Part shown: piece after piece, positions 61,348 through 64,000 of the stretch
Position numbering within the stretch: position 1 is the first letter of the stretch
Layout of the letters: each line of letters opens with the position of its first letter
Source: Octopus bimaculoides
Lineage: Eukaryota
Direction: 5' to 3'
Assembly: GCF_001194135.2 (NCBI RefSeq)
Contig: NC_068989.1
Span: forward strand, 85,849,790-85,913,789
Length of the DNA stretch: 64,000 bases
The notes under the pieces: model-generated
What the model was told of the DNA's origin: nothing
The model's input: the letters and a program-made list of their open reading frames with translations, nothing else
Database searches by the model: none
Position numbers and translations under genes: made by a program

Positions 61348-63255
61348 TGTGCACAGGCACATGTGTATACGAGTTTTCTCTGAGATAAGTCCCAACATTT
61401 AATCATCCTCTAACAATACAGTGAATGTTAAGTCTCCTTTCTCTGAAACCAGAAGTTCTTTGTTATTGTGGCCTATTGCAATTGCTTGATTGAATTCTAT
61501 ATTTATTTGTGTGTTTGTGTATATACACACACATGTAGATAATGTATTTAATGGAATAAAAAACACACAAGAGACATCCCAATTGCAGCAGTACATATTT
61601 GAGAAAGACAGTTTTTATATTACAGGCTTTAGTCTGTAATATAGCCCTAACTTCACAAAAAGGACCTTGGTTGATTTTTTTTTTAAGGGACACTTTTAGG
61701 GGAAAATGTGCATTTTACGTACCACCAAATGCATTAACCCTTTCGTTACTGTATTTATTTTGATATTCTCTGTTTCTTTCAATTGATTTTAAATATAACA
61801 AAGAATTTTGTAAAATAACTTAGTTATCATTAAGCTAGTGTTAGGAACATAAATTGTGACTAAGGTTTGGTGGACGATTTTAATTCAAAACTTATGAAAA
61901 CAAGACATTTGTACTCAGAATCAGAGCCGGTTTCAGGCAGGTTGGTATCAAAAGGGTTAATCACATAATTTTTATTTTACTACTGCCCTGTCTTTAACAC
62001 ATGCACACAAATACATATACATACACATACATAAACCATTGTACTCTTAACATCTCTCCCTTTCTCTTTCTATGTTTGTTTTGCTATCACTCTCACTGTA
62101 GGAGGAGATTGATATGGCATTGAATTCTGTGCCAAGTGAAGAATCCATTCCAAAAGATCATCAAAGACGAGACAATNNNNNNNNNNNNNNNNNNNNNNNN
62201 NNNNNNNNNNNNNNNNNNNNNNNNNNNNNNNNNNNNNNNNNNNNNNNNNNNNNNNNNNNNNNNNNNNNNNNNNNNNNNNNNNNNNNNNNNNNNNNNNNNN
62301 NNNNNNNNNNNNNNNNNNNNNNNNNNNNNNNNNNNNNNNNNNNNNNNNNNNNNNNNNNNNNNNNNNNNNNNNNNNNNNNNNNNNNNNNNNNNNNNNNNNN
62401 NNNNNNNNNNNNNNNNNNNNNNNNNNNNNNNNNNNNNNNNNNNNNNNNNNNNNNNNNNNNNNNNNNNNNNNNNNNNNNNNNNNNNNNNTATATATATATA
62501 TATTCATATAAGTGTGGCCGTTGCCAGTACCGCCTGACTGGCCTTCATGCTGGTGGTACATAAAAGCACCCACTACACTCTCAGAGTGGTTGGTGTTAGG
62601 AAGGGCATCCAGCTGTAGAAACTCTGCCAAATCAGATTGGAGCCTGGTGTAGCCATCTGGTTCACCAGTCCTCAGTCAAATCGTCGAACCCATGCTAGCA
62701 TGGAAAGCGGACATTAAACGATGTCTTTTATAGCTACAGTTTTAGCTATTGACACCTTTAGTCTGAGTAATTCCATCAATAATTGTTAAAACTACACTCA
62801 TGTTTAGTTGATGAATGAGGATGGGAGCTTGTTTGTATCTGTTTTTGATTTTTTTTTCTGTCTTTCTGTATAAACTTTTCCTCTTCTTGTAAGATATTCC
62901 ACATTCTGTGTTTTTACTTCTTTCTGTAATTTTTGTTATTATCTCTCTCTCTAATTTCAATGGGGTTTTTTTATAAGATAATCAATGATCCAACCCATGT
63001 CAGCATGGAATATATGTGTTAATGATGATGCTTGTGGCAGTGGTGAGATGTACACATGCTTGTGTACACATACATGCCTACAAGCACACATTAATGTCCA
63101 TACATATTTCAGTATATACATGTGTCTATTTCCAGACGACAACATTCTTGAATGCTCTGTCCCAGCTGTGTCACAACTCCACCTCTCTGGCTCATTCCAT
63201 CTGGATGGACCTCTTCCCACGTATATGGAAGATTTTATCAGAAAAACAACAGCAG
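1720..63255 (+). CDS. TRRAP: Transformation/transcription domain-associated protein (TRRAP/Tra1), multi-exon, 3'-incomplete; 61 visible coding exons
   Basis: The spliced translation matches recalled human TRRAP motifs in collinear order ([126 protein letters not shown]). AG/GT boundaries and intron phases were checked by hand at every junction not interrupted by a gap. Confidence 0.98.
1875..2089. mobile_element. mariner-like MITE (partial second copy 30876-30953)
   Basis: TA-flanked imperfect TIRs tgaagggggctgaaaaatt / aactttacagcaaccccttg. Confidence 0.7.
3046..3431. repeat. 25-bp minisatellite, about 15 copies
   Basis: Unit GTGGTACTGGCATGGGTGCTTTYAY; explains ORFs 3025-3471 and 3225-3467. 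Confidence 0.95.
3953..4002 (+). CDS. TRRAP: TRRAP exon 2
   Basis: (I)VEKKLKAAQELSENFE; ag/gtaagt. Confidence 0.93.
4031..4403 (+). mobile_element. Near full-length tRNA-derived SINE (relatives at 23123-23550, 26967-27320, 29705-29860, 31832-32100, 36962-37075, 47110-47285(-), 53542-53940, 54265-54780(-), 56625-56780)
   Basis: Head gtggctgtgtggtaag..ggttccgggttcagtccc, core ggcaccttgggcaagtgtcttctactatag..gaaactgaaagaagccc, tail tgactgaaacaagtaaaagaata. Confidence 0.85.
4815..4912. repeat. 26-bp tandem repeat, about 3.8 copies
   Basis: Unit aaaaagtcagtgttaacattgttttg. Confidence 0.95.
4918..5134. mobile_element. piggyBac-like MITE copy 1
   Basis: TTAA flanks, right end aaaggg; homologous to 25057-25278 and 61738-61956. 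Confidence 0.75.
5395..5697 (+). mobile_element. RTE LINE 3' end, (GAT)n-tail family (others about 11532-11795(-), 12733-12910(-), 14200-14435, 14457-14640(-), 14664-14815(-), 19275-19617, 27950-28245, 29862-30055, 46890-47100, 48150-48420, 50490-50703, 56435-56600(-), 57708-57945(-), 62512-62725)
   Basis: Shared gagtggttggcgttaggaagggcatccagctgtagaaa..ccaacccatgccagcatggaaagcggacgttaaa(gat)n; boundaries approximate. Confidence 0.85.
5789..5899 (+). CDS. TRRAP: TRRAP exon 3
   Basis: SIVISPQYPQFLQDALRVFLKILDEGEPHFVAEQNMQ. Confidence 0.95.
6824..6928 (+). CDS. TRRAP: TRRAP exon 4
   Basis: [20 protein letters not shown]...MFKLLK. Confidence 0.97.
7236..7319 (+). CDS. TRRAP: TRRAP exon 5
   Basis: VENEENVLVCLRIIMELHRQYRPQMNEE. 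Confidence 0.97.
7365..7491. mobile_element. Tc1/mariner-type MITE, 127 bp
   Basis: TA-flanked TIRs catggtgtccacaaag / ctttgtggacaccctg. Confidence 0.8.
7662..8460 (-). mobile_element. Decayed RTE-clade LINE reverse transcriptase fragment
   Basis: KAFDRVPRSLIWWSM..; CPWELLYADELALIAES..GLRVNLAKTK; GEKLEVVDSFCYLG..IAARIRIAWAKF; stops and frameshifts present. Confidence 0.92.
8461..8598. mobile_element. pogo/Tigger-like MITE, right half
   Basis: Ends gagggattactgTA; homologous to 16160-16386. Confidence 0.7.
8646..8840 (+). CDS. TRRAP: TRRAP exon 6
   Basis: IQGFLQFVKKIYANLP...ADNQSVS. Confidence 0.95.
8927..9220. repeat. Degenerate 30-bp tandem repeat in intron 6
   Basis: Unit near ACATGTTACACCAGAATACACTAAATGCCT, about 10 copies. 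Confidence 0.75.
9267..9433 (+). CDS. TRRAP: TRRAP exon 7
   Basis: [29 protein letters not shown]...; phase 2 donor. Confidence 0.97.
10182..10278 (+). CDS. TRRAP: TRRAP exon 8
   Basis: NNPAFNKEVFVDFIGAQIKTLSFLAYIIKSYQ. Confidence 0.97.
10552..10690 (+). CDS. TRRAP: TRRAP exon 9
   Basis: DQVSQNSQQLVQG...CPPEVAHLRKELLIAARHILTTDLRN; phase 1 donor. Confidence 0.97.
11214..11292 (+). CDS. TRRAP: TRRAP exon 10
   Basis: FVPCIEKMFQENVVIGSGWTAQESH. Confidence 0.95.
11347..11839. mobile_element. hAT MITE containing a nested RTE 3' end
   Basis: TIRs CAGTGGTTCTCAAC / GTTGAGAACCGCTG; 8-bp TSD gttcagag / gtttagag. Confidence 0.85.
11940..12144 (+). CDS. TRRAP: TRRAP exon 11
   Basis: PLAYSTLADLIHHVRQ...IQTMSCKLLLNLVECIRTKSDQESGN. 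Confidence 0.98.
13109..13200 (+). CDS. TRRAP: TRRAP exon 12
   Basis: GRELFMRMLEVFVLKFKTITKIQLPQILQK. Confidence 0.97.
13468..13597 (+). CDS. TRRAP: TRRAP exon 13 (variable linker)
   Basis: RQSQLNAEKCAADSNAKPDVKTPE...KEKEEK; low homology but phases 2/0 bridge exons 12 and 14. Confidence 0.85.
15176..15438 (+). CDS. TRRAP: TRRAP exon 14
   Basis: ...[24 protein letters not shown]...YALQALDIYTV...RPA. Confidence 0.98.
15616..15940 (+). mobile_element. tRNA-derived SINE (mosaic)
   Basis: A box tggcttagtgg, B box gagttcaattcc; gtgtccttgagcaagacacttt segment; 3' half shared with 38368-38740. Confidence 0.8.
16077..16134 (+). CDS. TRRAP: TRRAP exon 15
   Basis: GQSVRTKEEKEVLEHFAGV. Confidence 0.96.
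16160..16386. mobile_element. pogo/Tigger-like MITE
   Basis: Imperfect TIRs cagtaatcccttg / cgaaggattactg followed by TA; inverted copy at 40986-41203. Confidence 0.75.
16441..16773 (+). mobile_element. tRNA-derived SINE (second copy about 44660-44970)
   Basis: Shared ctgtgtgttgtgttcttgagcaagacactttatttc..cactggtgccaagctgtatcggcctttgcctttccc.. Confidence 0.8.
16842..16895 (+). CDS. TRRAP: TRRAP exon 16
   Basis: FTMMNPQTFKEIFSITIE. Confidence 0.95.
18560..18598 (+). CDS. TRRAP: TRRAP exon 17 (39 nt)
   Basis: YMVDRIHNNYALQ (human YMVERISKNYALQ); ttccag/gtaaga. Confidence 0.95.
18654..19649. mobile_element. piggyBac-like element with about 440-bp interior and nested RTE 3' end
   Basis: TTAA-CCCTT start, aaggg-c-TTAA end; both outer parts match the short copy at about 45779-45995. 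Confidence 0.6.
20470..20566 (+). CDS. TRRAP: TRRAP exon 18
   Basis: IIANSFLANNTTSATFATILVEFLLARMEEMG. Confidence 0.97.
20821..20918 (+). CDS. TRRAP: TRRAP exon 19
   Basis: SNTERSNLYLKLFKLVFGSVSLFAAENEQMLK. Confidence 0.98.
21196..21393. repeat. Tandem duplication (100 + 98 bp) spanning the exon 20 acceptor
   Basis: Two copies of acagNattggctggaggtgg..ttttgtcagcctcacctacataccatcgtcaac differing by 1 substitution and a 2-nt indel. Confidence 0.95.
21372..21537 (+). CDS. TRRAP: TRRAP exon 20
   Basis: PHLHTIVNRSM...[37 protein letters not shown]. Confidence 0.98.
21713..21879 (+). CDS. TRRAP: TRRAP exon 21 (followed by GC donor)
   Basis: [55 protein letters not shown]; CAG|gcaagt. Confidence 0.97.
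22620..22709 (+). CDS. TRRAP: TRRAP exon 22
   Basis: [30 protein letters not shown]. Confidence 0.98.
23675..23785 (+). CDS. TRRAP: TRRAP exon 23
   Basis: ALWRTLRNPSDSIALVAFRLLGKFGGGNRKMVREPQQ. Confidence 0.97.
23790..23965. repeat. Degenerate tandem repeat of about 32 bp
   Basis: Recurrent gtttagcataaattatattgcttgtgtgtgt right after the exon 23 donor. Confidence 0.7.
24047..24136 (+). CDS. TRRAP: TRRAP exon 24
   Basis: LNYNEKETVGPCVVLQFQDCKIPINLPVEK. Confidence 0.94.
25057..25278. mobile_element. piggyBac-like MITE copy 2
   Basis: TTAA-CCCTTT ... AAAAGG-TTAA. Confidence 0.78.
25695..25846 (+). CDS. TRRAP: TRRAP exon 25
   Basis: AIDTALSNLK...RQSWELIRCFLVSAMSLDD...LFSHN. Confidence 0.95.
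26361..26638. other. Assembly gap hiding the exon 26 acceptor (other gaps: 1601-1610, 30077-30875, 35181-35378, 51088-51441, 52890-53046, 59295-59742, 62177-62488)
   Basis: Runs of N. Confidence 1.
26639..26709 (+). CDS. TRRAP: TRRAP exon 26, 5' part lost in gap 26361-26638
   Basis: GPLYKNPDANLRKVHEQALTGMF; donor gtaagt phase 1. Confidence 0.9.
27407..27502 (+). CDS. TRRAP: TRRAP exon 27
   Basis: AAAIKELRNPVLSFMGCMVRHYTMVAISHQC. Confidence 0.96.
28857..29032 (+). CDS. TRRAP: TRRAP exon 28
   Basis: PFPVGEKQ...ILVDAIAAVMGHEEKELCKPG...IILGSQER. Confidence 0.96.
29591..29676 (+). CDS. TRRAP: TRRAP exon 29
   Basis: ACQLPFFEYLVERLCALCYDRAWYAKYG. Confidence 0.97.
31483..31594 (+). CDS. TRRAP: TRRAP exon 30
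   Basis: CQAIKVLYEHMPKKWVLQHQFVFLKALLFVMLDLTGE. Confidence 0.97.
32371..32550 (+). CDS. TRRAP: TRRAP exon 31
   Basis: VSSGAIDLAK...QKQSFHDVTLELVRQVTSSNTLIREQ. Confidence 0.96.
32765..33378 (+). mobile_element. RTE LINE 3' end with ORF2 C-terminus, repeat-containing 3' UTR and (GAT)n tail
   Basis: WDEVVKHDLQTLGLTEVMTSDRYLWRNAVIEKTRQLK* then several gtaaaaagcacc repeats and the shared tail. Confidence 0.85.
34387..34536 (+). CDS. TRRAP: TRRAP exon 32
   Basis: AMNALEVLA...IMEPHKEVMQDMIPPKKHLLHHQPAHVQIGLM. Confidence 0.98.
34944..35030 (+). CDS. TRRAP: TRRAP exon 33
   Basis: EGSTFCTTLQPRLFTIDLLKMEHKVFFAE. Confidence 0.97.
35055..35527. repeat. 39-bp minisatellite interrupted by gap 35181-35378
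   Basis: Unit cttctctttgtatttttgactctttccatatatattttt; explains ORFs 34940, 34998 and 35023. Confidence 0.95.
35626..35722 (+). CDS. TRRAP: TRRAP exon 34
   Basis: LLNLSNAEDSALMKMACYKNISNLVPLRKSTL. Confidence 0.96.
36092..36213 (+). CDS. TRRAP: TRRAP exon 35
   Basis: ALAACHYIQPSREKIFHLLYKALDSSNTELQQAAHECMRK. Confidence 0.96.
36384..36807 (+). mobile_element. 5' fragment of a mariner transposon with dead transposase N-terminus
   Basis: TA + TTGGGTCATCCCATAAA TIR; 36565: MEVTKEHIRHILLYEFNKGNNAMESARNINAVYGD*TISVSQCQWWFQKF*TGNYSLEGEPHPGR (mariner HTH region, 2 internal stops). Confidence 0.88.
37421..37591 (+). CDS. TRRAP: TRRAP exon 36
   Basis: FISGFNID...MRPLLGLLGDYRNLNLNVIQRLTSLTQLFP...LLEQLL. 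Confidence 0.97.
37857..37940 (+). CDS. TRRAP: TRRAP exon 37
   Basis: THLKKFMEVAISNQKSGQQRNNGQVLSQ. Confidence 0.9.
38205..38324 (+). CDS. TRRAP: TRRAP exon 38
   Basis: ELKICAAIINIFHLVP...QTEKALFME. Confidence 0.96.
38368..38740 (+). mobile_element. tRNA-derived SINE, well preserved
   Basis: A box tggcccagtgg, B box ggtttcaatccc; tail gcgacggagtgccaaacaac. Confidence 0.85.
39194..39313 (+). CDS. TRRAP: TRRAP exon 39
   Basis: AGSPFREPLLKFLLRFPGPTVELFL...QWTRYLE. Confidence 0.97.
39479..39571 (+). CDS. TRRAP: TRRAP exon 40
   Basis: FIVKHKDAQVIRDVIMANPMRLVTMALKNIQ. Confidence 0.94.
40986..41203. mobile_element. pogo/Tigger-like MITE (inverted relative to 16160 copy)
   Basis: tagtaatccctcaac ... 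cgagggattattg-TA. Confidence 0.72.
41538..41657 (+). CDS. TRRAP: TRRAP exon 41
   Basis: NAQDMQHAQDIKAEMQFQAIRLISLLVEMNETWLSDQVLA. Confidence 0.94.
42662..42721 (+). CDS. TRRAP: TRRAP exon 42
   Basis: VAKLRMIWTSDSFQEKHKKI. Confidence 0.93.
43564..43631 (+). CDS. TRRAP: TRRAP exon 43
   Basis: DNLDYIHWQEPALLVRCLLTYF; phase 2 donor. Confidence 0.94.
44225..44336 (+). CDS. TRRAP: TRRAP exon 44
   Basis: HHTKEIDLLFQILRCFINRYIPQFQFVKDFLDDVVAA. Confidence 0.95.
45428..45517 (+). CDS. TRRAP: TRRAP exon 45
   Basis: TYPVEWKRDAFFKFVDVFHLKNCPQELKAK. Confidence 0.95.
45779..45995. mobile_element. Short piggyBac-like MITE (second family), degenerate ends
   Basis: Collinear with outer parts of 18654-19649. 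Confidence 0.5.
47741..47988 (+). CDS. TRRAP: TRRAP exon 46
   Basis: ILQYIIIPCFQHAFEHGE...DAVRILLLQFSSLLVEQASPHIHDAAN. Confidence 0.97.
48927..49080 (+). CDS. TRRAP: TRRAP exon 47
   Basis: KQGNKLRRLMTFAWP...[30 protein letters not shown]. Confidence 0.98.
49253..49360 (+). CDS. TRRAP: TRRAP exon 48
   Basis: VFHSLLKAHAVEARAVVRQALEILTPAFPGRMEDGN. Confidence 0.98.
49545..49618 (+). CDS. TRRAP: TRRAP exon 49
   Basis: GMLAHWTKKIIVEEGHAVPQLVHL. Confidence 0.97.
49932..50031 (+). CDS. TRRAP: TRRAP exon 50
   Basis: QLVVRHYKVYYPVRHHLIQHMVSSLQRLGFTQN. Confidence 0.98.
51626..51758. repeat. 133-bp palindrome: perfect 52-bp arms around (AT)n
   Basis: ttctacaatg...atatttcaaa [29 nt AT] tttgaaatat...cattgtagaa, checked base by base. 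Confidence 0.97.
51842..51931 (+). CDS. TRRAP: TRRAP visible exon 51 (one or more exons missing upstream)
   Basis: SLRNQTDVNKPIDKQYCDSVVNFLLRIACQ. Confidence 0.93.
52638..52853 (+). CDS. TRRAP: TRRAP visible exon 52
   Basis: VTESTT...GEALSRRCINLLK...ELKLAWFDKLLMTVE...NICTALELLTFLLGIM. Confidence 0.97.
53047..53197 (-). mobile_element. Possible LTR 5' end running into gap 52890-53046
   Basis: Minus strand starts TGTCACGTGACA with TATAAAA about 50 bp in; GC-richer than flanks. Confidence 0.4.
54314..54649 (-). mobile_element. Solo LTR (336 bp) nested in a SINE
   Basis: TGTTGTA...TACAACA termini, exact 5-bp TSD CAAAT on both sides, TATAAAT on minus strand 54587-54593; SINE halves rejoin on removal. 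Confidence 0.85.
54900..55132 (+). CDS. TRRAP: TRRAP visible exon 53
   Basis: KKDNILASFKPLQRGIAACLTC...VHSLLSRLMSIFPTEP...KYEELECLY...YE. Confidence 0.98.
55971..56105. repeat. (TACA)n/(TGCA)n microsatellite
   Basis: Direct reading; explains ORFs 55900-56244. Confidence 0.95.
56176..56339 (+). CDS. TRRAP: TRRAP visible exon 54
   Basis: STGNSNNILFPTLMILKAAC...YIDRLIALFMKVLQKMAREHL...NP. Confidence 0.97.
57226..57404 (+). CDS. TRRAP: TRRAP visible exon 55
   Basis: ASELLILSLDLVKNRVGVLSIEMRKSFI...LIEKTSDPKV...VEDWVKTK. Confidence 0.97.
58299..58441 (+). CDS. TRRAP: TRRAP visible exon 56
   Basis: TPIAINQSPSIREKAILL...ERRFPEDVELNAQFLELVNHIY. Confidence 0.97.
58480..58650. repeat. C/T-rich low-complexity tract
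   Basis: About 170 nt, strongly pyrimidine-rich on + strand. Confidence 0.85.
58937..59039 (+). CDS. TRRAP: TRRAP visible exon 57
   Basis: DESLAGSELTSKLEQAFLAGLRCNQHHIRQKFVE. Confidence 0.97.
59876..59986 (+). CDS. TRRAP: TRRAP visible exon 58
   Basis: VFDKSMRRRIFDRLLYISCSQNWEHMQGHYWIKQCIE. Confidence 0.98.
60659..60706. repeat. (TTA)n microsatellite (SINE tail)
   Basis: Direct reading. Confidence 0.9.
61110..61292 (+). CDS. TRRAP: TRRAP visible exon 59
   Basis: LLLAVAVP...LPSICSVINMADSQERAAF...GNKDE. Confidence 0.95.
61738..61956. mobile_element. piggyBac-like MITE copy 3 (best preserved ends)
   Basis: TTAA-CCCTTTCGTTAC ... GTATCAAAAGGG-TTAA. Confidence 0.85.
62102..62176 (+). CDS. TRRAP: TRRAP visible exon 60, 3' part lost in gap 62177-62488
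   Basis: EEIDMALNSVPSEESIPKDHQRRDN after a pyrimidine-rich acceptor (human DVEIDIEL region). Confidence 0.85.
63136..63255 (+). CDS. TRRAP: TRRAP visible exon 61
   Basis: TTTFLNALSQLCHNSTSLAHSIWMDLFPRIWKILSEKQQQ. Confidence 0.96.
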
Positions 63256-63365
63256 GTAAGCCTCTTCATTAACAGACTGCATATTACACGGCAGACCAAT
63301 GTATTTAAAGTAAAATTCATATATGATGATATATGTGTGTGTGTGTGTGTGTGTGTGTTAAAGAT

Positions 63366-63577
63366 AGTTATGGCGGGTCTATGGAGTTACCCTGGATTTC
63401 ATTTCTATAAAGCACTTAGCTTTACAGCTTCTCTTCAAACCCTAATGGCTGGTGGCCTATAACCTCTCTTCAAAGTGGAGGTTATAGGCCACAGCCATTA
63501 GGGTCTGAACAGATGCTATAAAGCTAAGCACTTTATGGATGTGAAACCCAGGGTAGCCCCATAGACTGGCCATAGCT
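63366..63577. repeat. 212-bp imperfect foldback (arms about 100 bp, 11-nt loop)
   Basis: agttatggc..ccctaatggctggtggcctataacctc / gaggttataggccacagccattaggg..gccatagct. Confidence 0.9.
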
Positions 63578-63698
63578 TGCTTTATCTAATTACTCTACAT
63601 TCTCTATAACTTAGCATGTGCTTCTCTTCCGGATTTATGATTTACTGATGATATATATGTATATATATATATATATGTATATGGCTGTACCTGGCTAA

Positions 63699-64000
63699 CC
63701 TCTGTACCTGGCTTTCGTTGACATGGAGAAAGCCTTTGACCGGGTCCCCCGATCCCTTATCTGGTGGTCAATGAGGAAACTTGGGATAGAAGAATGGTTA
63801 GTGAGAACTGTGCGAGCCATGTACAGAGATGCTGCCAGTAAGGTGAGGGTTGGAAATGAGTACAGCAATGAATTCCGGGTAGAGGTAGGGGTCCACCAAG
63901 GTTCCGTCCTCAGCCCCCTCTTATTTATCATAGTCTTCCAGGCAATCACAGAGGAGTTCAAGACAGGTTGCCCCTGGGAGCTCCTCTATGCTGATGACCT
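63699..64000 (+). mobile_element. 5'-truncated RTE-clade LINE reverse transcriptase, open frame to window end
   Basis: PLYLAFVDMEKAFDRVPRSLIWW..VGVHQGSVLSPLLFIIV..CPWELLYADD with no stops over 100 codons. Confidence 0.95.

Noticed and set aside
62099-62107. TAG-GAG-GAG tandem acceptors at exon 60
   Set aside because: GAG acceptors are rarely used; no supporting evidence.
26212-62630. Long ORF-track entries containing X runs
   Set aside because: They span N gaps and microsatellites; artefacts.
1-64000. A nested or antisense host gene, or a novel multi-gene system
   Set aside because: Every convincing coding signal belongs to TRRAP or to transposon relics; nothing else is supportable from sequence alone.

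Overview
AT-rich animal genomic DNA with 8 assembly gaps. The repeat complement suggests an octopus or other coleoid cephalopod (inference from recalled repeat families, not a database result). One gene spans the window on the + strand: TRRAP (Tra1/Nipped-A, the pseudokinase PIKK scaffold of SAGA and NuA4/TIP60). I traced 61 coding exons from the ATG at 1720 to 63255 with splice phases consistent throughout, about 7.45 kb of visible CDS (about 2,480 codons: the N-terminal HEAT solenoid, roughly two thirds of the protein). The FAT-C-terminal/kinase-like end lies beyond the window. Two exons are cut by gaps, and one conserved segment is absent and probably hidden in a gap. Introns are packed with RTE-type LINE fragments and their (GAT)n-tailed 3' ends, several tRNA-derived SINE families, hAT, mariner, pogo/Tigger and piggyBac-like MITEs, a mariner transposase remnant, a solo LTR and mini/microsatellites. 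Nearly all ORF-track entries are exon read-throughs or repeat noise. I found no CRISPR array, no RNA gene and no clearly new gene system. The best leads are structural: a tandem duplication creating a decoy splice acceptor, a GC-AG intron, a 133-bp palindrome, a 212-bp hairpin, closely spaced inverted retroposon pairs (candidate A-to-I editing substrates), a nested solo LTR, modular SINEs and a minisatellite apparently born from a LINE 3' UTR.
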